This document shows positions 54,225-64,000 of a stretch of DNA of 64,000 bases, in pieces. Where the stretch lies: NCBI GenBank assembly GCA_951406725.2, contig OX597836.1, positions 12,090,001-12,154,000 of the forward strand, given 5' to 3'. A program made the translations under genes and the position numbers. The notes beneath the pieces are model-generated. The model was not told where the DNA came from. It did no database searches and worked only from the letters and a program-made list of their open reading frames with translations. Within the stretch, counting starts at the first letter, position 1. Every line of letters starts with the position of its first letter. This stretch comes from Octopus vulgaris. Taxonomy: Eukaryota.

Positions 54225-54540
54225 ACAGGGGCTGACGACCTTGCTTGACATGAATCCCGAGCTCAGCTGGCTCTGGCTGACAGAACCCGGTTTTGGCCCC
54301 TATCCAGGGTTACATAAAGGAGACAACCTTCAAAGAAATCCGGAGTGGAGCCCCGTAGGTGGTTTAGTGTTCAACTCGACACTCTTCCAGCAGCTCCTGG
54401 AACCCAGCTGGTGCCAAACGCAATGCTCTGCACTCCTTTGGACTACATCAGCAAGGTCGAGAGAGGAATCCTGATGATTGGGCTACCCAGGATTTTCTTA
54501 CATCTAACCCAGGCCTGCGCAAAACTGGAGAGGACATGAA
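54225..54540 (+). mobile_element. Probable LINE (RTE-like) 5' region remnant
   Basis: GC-richer island; aaatccggagtggagcccc...cagctcctg...agctggtgccaaacg resembles RTE 5' UTR sequence from memory, not verified. Confidence 0.35.
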
Positions 54541-54814
54541 ATGTAAAAACCAGACTGGATTAGTTTATGCGCAACTCCATTGTCTCCCAAGACAAAAGGA
54601 TGCCAACAACAAGAGCAACTACTTTATATACATTGGAGCTGTTATACACAGTGAATCCTGTACACCTGTGGTAGTACAGGAATACACATACACACTATTA
54701 TACTCTCTGTTATACACTGCAGTAGTTGCATATAGTGATTGCTGTACACTTCAGAAGCTATTAAACATAATGACTGCTATTCACTTCTCTACACTGCTCA
54801 GCATTGCAGTCTTA

Positions 54815-55936
54815 CTATAGCGTAACTAGAGTGGGGGGTGCAAGGTGGGGCACTGATTGAAGGTGGGGGCACCTCCTCGAAAGCAAGAAAGGTGAGACTA
54901 AACAATTCTATATTTTTTTTATTACATCTCATCTCACGCTTCAGGGGTTTTTAATATTTCAATCAGGGAAGCCAGTGCATTAACCCTTTTCTTACTGTAT
55001 TTCTGTTGAGATGCTCTGTGTTTCTTTAAATTAATTTTAAATATAACAAAGAATTTAGTAAAATAACTTAGTTATCATTCAGCTAGTGTTAGGAACATTA
55101 ATTGTGACTAAGGTTTGGTGGAAGGTTTTAATTCAAAGCTTATGGAAACAAGATATTTGTACTGAGAGCCAGAGCCCGTTTCAGCCAGGTTGGTATTGAA
55201 AGGGTTAAAAATATCATGGTGACTTTAACCCTTTTGTTACCTTATTTCTGTTGAGATGCTCTGTGTTTCTTTCAATTAATTTTAAATTTACCAAAGAATT
55301 TAGTAAAATAACTTAGTTATAATTAAGCTAGTGTTAAGAACATAAATTGTGACTAAGGTTTGGTGGAAGATTTTTAATTCAAAGCTTATGAAAACAAGAC
55401 ATTTGTACTACAGAGCCAGTTTCAGCCAGGTTGGTATTGAAAGGGTTAAAAATATCATAGTGACTTTAACCCTTTTGTTACCTTATTTCTGTTGAGATGC
55501 TCTGTGTTTCTTTCAATTAATTTTAAATTTACCAAAGAATTTAGTAAAATAACTTAGTTATAATTAAGCTAGTGTTAAGAACATAAATTGTGACTAAGGT
55601 TTGGTAGAAGATTTTAATTCAAAGTTTATGTAAACAAGACATTTGTACTCAAAGCCAGAGGTAGTTTCAGCCGGGTTGGTAATGAAAGGGTTAAACGGTT
55701 AAAATAAGGGGGTTTTGTAAAAGCAAACATTCAAAAGATATATTTTGAATTATAGGCTGTACCGAACCAGCAGGTAAATGAGCCCTGGTAAAAGTACTTA
55801 TTTCCAAAATATTGCTTTAAAACATCAATTAATTTGTAACAAATAAGTACTACATAATATCATGGATTTTGTTATTGTCGCAGGATGCATTTTTCCCAGC
55901 TTGTCCCGGGCACCGTTTACCCCAGCTACGCCACCG
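54815..55936. mobile_element. hAT-like MITE carrying three nested piggyBac-like MITE copies
   Basis: Degenerate CAGTGGCGTAG-type TIRs (ctatagcgtaactag / cagctacgccaccg); 8-bp TSD cagtctta / cagtcata. Confidence 0.6.
54980..55694 (+). mobile_element. Three tandem piggyBac-like MITEs (~225 bp each)
   Basis: TTAA-CCCTTT...AAAGGG-TTAA at 54980-55208, 55225-55449 and 55466-55694. Confidence 0.8.
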
Positions 55937-56288
55937 CAGTCATACAGACAGACTCTGCGGTAGTTATAGGTTACTATGTACCGCAATAGTTATACCCCAC
56001 AATTGCTATACACTGCAGTAGTTATACATGGTGATTGCTATACACTGCGGTCGTTATTATACTCAGCGGTTGCTGCTGTAGTTTTCTTCTTTCTTATTAC
56101 ATAGTCCAGTGAACTGACACGTCTACCTCGGCAGAAAATGCTGATCTTTCAAAATAAAATTCTTTCTATTTCTAATGATGGCCAGATAATCTGCTTTTGT
56201 TGTGCAAATGAAACGAAATTTGTTTGTATTTCTTTTGGGGTTGTTTTTTTTTTGTATCAGTTTTTGTTAGTTTTTTTTTTTTAGTATT

Positions 56289-56319
<31 letters not shown>

Positions 56320-57361
56320 TTGAAAAATTTGTTGTTGCTGGTGTTGTTGTCGACGATGTTGTTTATTCGATCGGTTGCAGTGTAATGCACATTGCAGTAT
56401 GCTAAAAAGAACCTGTATATTTCTGATTAGAAATTCTCATTAGAAACTTAGTCTTTGGAGAATATAAAACAAAAAAAAAAAGAAAACAAACGAACAAAAA
56501 AAAATAAGTTGTGTTTTCTTTTTGTTTTTTGAAAAAATATTTTAAAATGTAACCAAAAAAATGTCTTTAAAAAAATTTTTTTTTTTGTTTTTGGAAAATT
56601 AAAGAAGACAGTCTTTTAAGTTAAAAATTATAATTGAATCTTAGGGCCTGTAATTAATCTCCTATAGTAATGATTTCATTTTCAGAATTTATTTATTTAT
56701 ATATTCATTTATATATTTTTTTTAAAATTTGACCTAAATTGCTTTCTCTAATTAGGAGATAAAACTTCTTTCAATCGCCAAAGAGAGACTCAAATACGTT
56801 GTTGTTTGAAAGTTTTCCTCTCTCCTCGTCTCTTTCTCTATCATCATCATCATCATCATCATCATCATTATTATCATTTATAGTAAATTATTATTATTAT
56901 TATTATTTGTGTTATTTATTATACATTTTTTTTCGTTTTCTTTTGTTTTTATTTTATCTTATTATACATTGTCGCCTGAATTTCAACCTCCTCTTCATCC
57001 TCCTCTTTTTCACCATCTCTTCATATTTCTTTCGTTCTCTTCAAAATTTTTTCTTAGTAAAAAAAGAAAAAAAACCCCGCAAAAATTATCGAAACAACAA
57101 CATAAAAAACGAAAGTATTTTTGGACATAATTCTATGACGTTCATATCTGTTTTCATCTAATTCTTCTTTATTTGCTAATTAATTTGTCGCCCCCCCCTC
57201 GTACCCCATCTCTCTCACCCTCCCTCCCATCTCACCACTTACACATAAACTTTCTTGTCACATCTGATTTTAATGTTTTCGAAACATCACATACTATTGC
57301 GATGGACTTGTTTGAAAAGATTGTAAATTGACTATATATATAGATATATACACGCACACAC

Positions 57362-57405
<44 letters not shown>

Positions 57406-57406
<1 letters not shown>

Positions 57407-57572
57407 GGCACAAGCATGGCTGTGTGGTAAGAACTTTGCTTGCTTTGTAACCACATAGTTCCGGGTTCAATCCCACTGCATGACACCTTGGGCAAGTATC
57501 TTGTAGTATAGCTTTGGGCCAACCAAAAATCTTTTGAGTGGATATGGTAGATGGAAACTGAAAGAAGCCTGT
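57406..57572 (+). mobile_element. Family A SINE head
   Basis: tggctgtgtggtaag...gggttcaatcccactgc...gatggaaactgaaagaagcc. Confidence 0.75.
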
Positions 57573-59684
57573 TGTGTGTGTGTGTGTGTATATATATAAA
57601 GAACATGAGGGTTTTATTTCACTGGTGATCCGAACTTGGAACCTAATGGCTGACCAATAGACTTCCAGCATGCCCTGCTTGGTCAAACCGTCCAACCCAT
57701 GCCAGCATAGGCAACAGACATTAAATGATTATGATGATGATGATGATCAGAAAATCTTGGTTTCAGTTCCTGGACCAGATGGTGTGTTGTGTTCTTGAAC
57801 AAAGCACTTCATCTCACCTTGTTCTGTAATTACTTTGACACCTGAAGCGTGGTACACCATGGACCTGGAGGGAATGAGCTAATGTCCAGCACATGCAGTT
57901 GGTCGCTATAGACGGAATCATTTGTACAGATTGTGCAGCAGGAAACTGCAGAACCATCCTTCTTAGACTGTAAAAGACTGAAAGAATACCATCGCCATCA
58001 GTCTAGTTGATACCACAATTCTGTGGTGTTTGGCTATATCCCTCTCCACCACCATCACCACCACTGCCGCAGCCACCACTTGAGAACCAGTGTTGGTGTG
58101 TTTATGTCCCCATAACTCAGCATCAGAGACCGATAAAATAAGTGCTAAGCTTTAAAAAACCAAAAAAAAAAAGAATAATTAATCCCGGGGTCAGTTTCTT
58201 TGACTAGAACCCTTGAAGGCAGTGCTCCAGCATGGTCACAGTCAAATGACTGAAGCCAATAAAAGAATAAAGTGTATTTTATATTTAAAATATTTATAAT
58301 TAAAATCGCAGGAAACAATGTAACACAGAAAACGCAATACACACAAAAACACATGCATTTATACACACGTGCGCACACATAAGTGCACACACACACATAC
58401 ACAACTAAACCTTTGGTGCTCCAGCATGGCCACAATCAAAGGACTGAAGAATAAAGAGTATTTTATATTCAAAATATTTATTGCAGAAATAGCAATACAC
58501 ACATAAAAACACATGTGCACACGCATACACACACACACATAAGTGCACACGCATACACATAAGTGCACACGCATAAGTGCACACGCATACACATAAGTGC
58601 ACACGCATACACACACACACACACACACACATACACAACCAATCCTTCGGTGCTCCAGCATGGCCATGGTCAAACGACTGGAGCAAGCGAAAGATTGCAA
58701 AAGAGAAAAGAAAGACATCATCCCTCTTCACTTGTTGTTGTCGTTACTAAATAGCCTCACAGCCTAGCTGTGTCTTAACGAAGCTTATTAGCTAACGAAA
58801 ACTGCTCCTTTACTCTGCAAGCCAGCCAGAGACTAACATCAGGAATGATAATAGCAGATGGGAATTATTATCATTCGCCTGCAGCCAACTTTCTCTGTTG
58901 ACATTCATTTAATAATAAGTTTGCTTTAATGACAGTTAAGTCTATCAACACATTTAACGATTACTATAATATTCCTTTTTTTTTTTACTTGTTTCTGTTT
59001 TTTATAATTTTTCTGCAGTCACCGTTGTAATAATAATAATAATAATAATAGTAATAATAATAGTAATAATAATAATATTGATGATAATACTACTAATAAT
59101 AATAACACTAATAATAATAATAATAATAATAGTATTAATGATGATAATAATAATAATAATAATAATAATAATATTGATGATAACCAATATTGTTAGCGCT
59201 TTCCATTGCTTATTTTTTTCGGTTCTTTCTTTTGTCCTTTCTTTCTTTCTTTCTTTCTTTCTTTCGTTCTTTCTTTCTTTCTCTCTCCTTCGGTTTGTTG
59301 ATTTATTCAAATAGTGAACAATTATTGAACAAAGAAATCGTACAATAATACTAATAATAATAATAAATGGTAAAAACGAAAAAAAAAAAAAAAAACGACA
59401 AAGGAAATAAATTTAACTGAAAAAAAAAATAGGAAACAATAAAAAAAAAAAAAAAACAGAAACAGAAAACGAAACAAAAATGAATAATAATGATAGTGAT
59501 GATAATAATAATATTAATAATAATGATGATGATGAAAGTTGGAAGAAAAATCAATTAAAATTGAATTATCACATTTCTTCTAATATGACATGTCTGTTGG
59601 TAGAAATACATCAAAAACCGAAAAGTACTGTTTACTATCAAAGAACTAATTCAATACTGCGTCTCCTGTCTTCACTTTTATTTG

Positions 59685-60225
59685 CTTCTTCTTCTTCTTC
59701 TTCTTCCTCTTCCTCTTCTTCTTCAATTCTTCATCTTCTTCTTCTTCTCCTCCTCCTTCTTCTTCTTCTTTTTCTTCTTCTACGTCTTCTTCTTCAATTC
59801 TCCTTCTTCCTCTTCTTCTTCAATTCTTCTTCTTCTCCTTCTTCCTCTTCTTCTTCAATTCTTCTTCTTCTCCTTCTTCCTCTTCTTCTTCTTCAATTCT
59901 TCTTCTTCTCCTCCTTCTCCTTCCTCTTCTTCCACTTCTTCTTCCACTCCTCCTTCTCCTTCCTCTTCTTCCACTTCTTCTTCTCCTTCGTCTTCCTCTT
60001 CTTCTACTTCTTCTTCCTCTTCTTCCACTTCTTCTTCCTCTTCTTCCACTTCTTCTTCTTCCACTTCTTCTTCCTCTTCTTCCACTTCTTCTTCTTCCAC
60101 TTCTTCTTCTTCCACTTCTTCTTCCTCTTCTTCCACTTCTTCTTCCTCTTCTTCCACTTCTTCTTCTTCTTCTTTTTCTTCTTCTTCTTCTTCTTCCACT
60201 TCTTCTTCTTCTTCTTCTTCTTCAA
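59685..60225. repeat. (CTT)n-based polypyrimidine repeat with CAATT and CCA interruptions
   Basis: Direct reading; source of the poly-Glu, poly-Lys and poly-Ser ORFs. Confidence 0.95.
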
Positions 60226-60981
60226 GCCTCCTGTTTTCCATTCTTCATTTGTCTTCTTCAGTTCTTCTGTTCTCTTTTACTTTCTTTCTTTCCTTATTTT
60301 CTGCCTTCTTTCTTTTCCTCCCTCCCTCCCTTCCTTTCTTCCTTCTGTCTGTTTTTCTCTCGGGAAGAATTCAGCTGAAACCTTAGAGTAGAGAAAAACA
60401 ATTTTTCTTCTCCCTACATTCATAGAAATACAACTCTACTCAACCACCACCAACCACACATGACACCAACCACCACCGCATCATCACATCCCTTCACATC
60501 TCCAGTCCCATCCCCCACCACTTCCCCACCTCTCTCTTCAACAAATCCCGTTTCTGTTGCCCGCTGCGGCTAATTGGTGCAAGTTAAATCTTTAAGTAAT
60601 TTTCTTGTCCGCAACAATACTAATGATGACTGCTGGAGATGGATACTGCAACAAAAATTACACCTGAGCAGAAGTAACAACAACAACAACAATAATAGTA
60701 ATAGTAGTAATAATAATAAGAAGAAGAATGATAATAGTAATAATAATAATGATAATAGTAATAATAATAATAATGATAATAATAATAATAATAATAATTA
60801 TAATAAGGATAATGATAATAGTAATAATAATAATAATGATAATAGTAATAATAATAATAATGATAATGATAATAGTAATAATGATAATGATAATAGTAAT
60901 AATAATGATGACGATGATAATAACGATTACAGTAATAATAATAATAATAATGATGATGATGATGATGATAATGATAATAAT

Positions 60982-61353
60982 AAAGAGAACACTCAGAGAG
61001 CACAAACCTCTGCCAAGGCAATACCAATGTCCTCTCAATGATCAGCCAGAGATGATTTTTAAAAATGAGAATATCTGAAATAAACTTGACTGCTCTCACA
61101 AACGAGAATACTAAAAATGAACCCGACCGCTCTCAAAAATTAAGTAAAACAAAGCAGGAAAAATAATCCAGAATCCTTGTCCGGTATCGGATCGATCCCA
61201 AAATCTAATCAGTTTGTGCCAGTCCTGAGGCCAAACATCCCTGAAAGTTTCATCTGAATCCATCCAGGGGTTCCTGAGATATCTTGTCCACAGACAAACA
61301 AACAAACAAACATCACTGAAAACAATACCTCTGCCTTCACTAAGGTGGAATTA
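60982..61353. mobile_element. Probable Helentron-associated non-autonomous element (HINE/DINE-like)
   Basis: acctctgcc motif near both ends (agagagcacaaacctctgccaagg; aatacctctgccttcactaaggtgga hairpin), (CAAA)n tract near one end, inserted in (AAT)n. Confidence 0.5.
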
Positions 61354-61375
61354 ATGATAATAATAATGATAAGAG

Positions 61376-61410
<35 letters not shown>

Positions 61411-61789
61411 GATAATGATAATGGTGGTGATGTTGATGATGATAACAATAATGTGTAGACTTGTAATGCGTTTGGTGGAGTAGTCCACTTGATGTCAAGT
61501 CAGGTGAATGCAGCTGTAAAATGTCTCTAGTCTAGACCTGACTGGTTGCTGGTTGTGGTTGTGGTGGTTGGTGGTGGTGGTCGTGGTTGTGTTGTCTGCT
61601 GCATCTAATCTAATCCATCTTTTATGTTTCGCTCCATTTCTTTTTCCGTTTTTTGTGGGTGGTTGGTTGTTTGGGTGGGTGGGGACGTTTTCTTCTTCAT
61701 ATCTTCATCTGCCTACTATCATCATCGTCATCATCATCATCATCATCATCAATATTGCTGTTGCCACCTCAATCAACTTTTAGTTGCTT

Positions 61790-62310
61790 CGTCTTTCTTC
61801 TTTTTCTTCCTCTCCTTTCTTCTTCTCCTTCTTCAATTCTTCTCCATCTATTTCTTCTCCTTCATCAATTCTTCTCCATCTACTTCTTCGCCTTCTTCTT
61901 CTTTTTCTTCTTCAATTCTTCTTCTTCTTCTTCAATTCTTCTTCTTTTCTTCAATTCTTCTTCTTCTTTCTTCAATTCTTCTTCAATTCTTCTTCTTTCT
62001 TCAATTCTTCTTCTTCTTCTTCTTTTCTTCAATCCTTCTTCTTCAATTCTTCTTCTTCTTCTTCTTTCTTCAATTCTTCTTCAATTCTTCTTCTTTCTTC
62101 AATTCTTCTTCTTCTTCTTCTTCTTCTTTTCTTCAATCCTTCTTCTTCAATTCTTCTTCTTCTTCTTCTTCTTCTTCTTCTTTACCTTCTTCAATTCTTC
62201 TTCTTCTTTCTTCCATTCTTCTTCACCTTCTTCCATTCTTCTTCACCTTCTTCCATTCTTCTTCACCTTCTTCCATTCTTCTTCAATTCTTCCTCTTCCT
62301 CTTCCTCAGT
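61790..62310. repeat. (CTT)n repeat with periodic CAATT
   Basis: Direct reading. Confidence 0.95.
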
Positions 62311-62869
62311 CAGCATGTTACACAGGTAACGCAGTCCTTGTCACCCCCTCCCCCTTTTCTTTCCTTTTGCTACCCCCCTTTTCCTTTTCCAAAGCTTGTT
62401 TGTCACTACAGCTGTGACAGTGGCAACAGTTAGCGCCATAACAATCTGTGCTGCATTTGTTTGCATCTGCAGGAATGCCCCCTCTCTCCCCACACCTGTC
62501 CCCCTGCTCGTCTTCCCCCACTCCCTTCGTCTTCTTCCTAGCCAGAAAATGCCAGAAATCTCCCTTCTTATCTGCCGTGTGCACTTGATATTTACACTGG
62601 AGGAAGGAAAAAAAAAAAAAAAAAAAAAATGTTCAGATTGAAATCTGAGAGGAAGCATGAAGGAAAAGAATGAAGGAATGCGCAGAGAAAGAAAGGAAGG
62701 AAAGGAAGGAAAAAGGGAAGGAAGAAGAAGAAAGAGCATTGCATGAGCCGGAACTGTGAATATGGTGGCAGTGGTGAGGCTGGTGGGGGGGGGGGCATGG
62801 GCGGGGCATGAACAAGCACTAAGAGACGTTGCGAGCTCCAGAAGGAAAGGAAATGAAGAAAAGTAAGCA

Positions 62870-62998
62870 GTATATGTGTGTGTGTGTGTATATGTATGCA
62901 TGTATGTATGCATATGTATGTATATGTATATATATATGTGTGTGTGTGTGTATATATGTATGTATATATATGTGTGTGTGTGTGTGTATATATGTATG

Positions 62999-63029
<31 letters not shown>

Positions 63030-63450
63030 ATATATGTATATATATATGTGTGTGTGTGTGTGTATATATGTATGTATATATATATGTGTGTGTGTGTGTG
63101 TATATATGTATGTATATATATGTGTATATATGTATGTATATATATGTGTGTATATATATATATGTGTGTGTATATATGTATGTATATATATATGTGTATA
63201 TATGTATGTATATATATATATGTGTGTGTATATATGTATGTATATATATATGTATATATGTATGTGTATATATGTATGTATATATGTATGTGTATATATG
63301 TATGTGTATATATATATATATATATGTGTGTGTGTATATGTATGTATATATATGTATTATATGTATGTGTATATATATATGTGTGTGTATATATGTATGT
63401 ATATATATGTATTATATGTATGTGTATATATGTATGTATATATATATATG
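62870..63450. repeat. (TA/TG)n compound microsatellite
   Basis: Direct reading. Confidence 0.95.
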
Positions 63451-64000
63451 TCCCACCCATGCCAGCATTGAAAGCAGCCGTTAAATGATTATGAGGATAT
63501 ATATATATATATATATATATGTGTGTAAAATTTTAACTATATGTGTGAATGTATATTTACAATCGCACACATTTATATACACTCACACATACACACAAAG
63601 ATACATACATATAAGGAACGACTGATGCCATCATGGAATCCGGATATGAAATGATGTTCATATATATATGTGTGTATGTGTATGCATATATACATTTTGT
63701 ATATATATTTATACAGTTATGCATGTATACACACACAGACACATATGTATGTGTGTATATTAAGAGAGATACTTATATACATATATGGAATATGTAATAA
63801 TAAGCCTGTTTTGACAGATAAATACTTGTCTTTTACATTATTTATCATGTTATCTGTTTGTAAATAGTCGAGAAAATAAAAAAAAAATGAAGGGGAGGCA
63901 GGAAAAAAAAACCCAAAATAAAGAACACAAATGTAAGGAAAAAATAACAACGAAATATATATAAAAATTTAAAACAAAAATGATAAAAAAAAAAAAAACT

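Noticed and set aside
56355-56400. Short hairpin tgcagtgtaatgcacattgca as a miRNA
   Set aside because: Stem is too short and it does not match any conserved miRNA I recognise.
59855-60241. Poly-Glu acidic protein ORF
   Set aside because: Reverse reading of a (CTT)n microsatellite.

Overview
AT-rich, extremely microsatellite-dense eukaryotic DNA. The repeat landscape (tRNA-derived SINE families, Nin-domain SINEs, RTE-type short elements, huge TA/CA/AAT tracts) points to an Octopus (cephalopod) genome; this is an inference. No host protein-coding exon can be supported. Nearly all listed ORFs are translations of simple repeats or SINEs, and the only recognisable coding remnant is a decayed RTE-type reverse transcriptase fragment (~34.1-34.4 kb). 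The window also holds two non-autonomous Helitrons, a probable Helentron-type element, two hAT-like MITEs with 8-bp TSDs and tandem piggyBac-like MITEs. The most interesting signal is a set of short non-coding elements, usually embedded in (TA)n, that carry minimal type I hammerhead ribozyme motifs (CUGANGA...GAAAC-GUH with a palindromic stem III) and/or long inverted arms, the hallmarks of Penelope-like retroelements. One family joins a tRNA-like Pol III head to the hammerhead (25.8-26.1 kb and 49.85-50.3 kb), suggesting a SINE/retrozyme hybrid. Coordinates of repeat boundaries were read by eye and are approximate.
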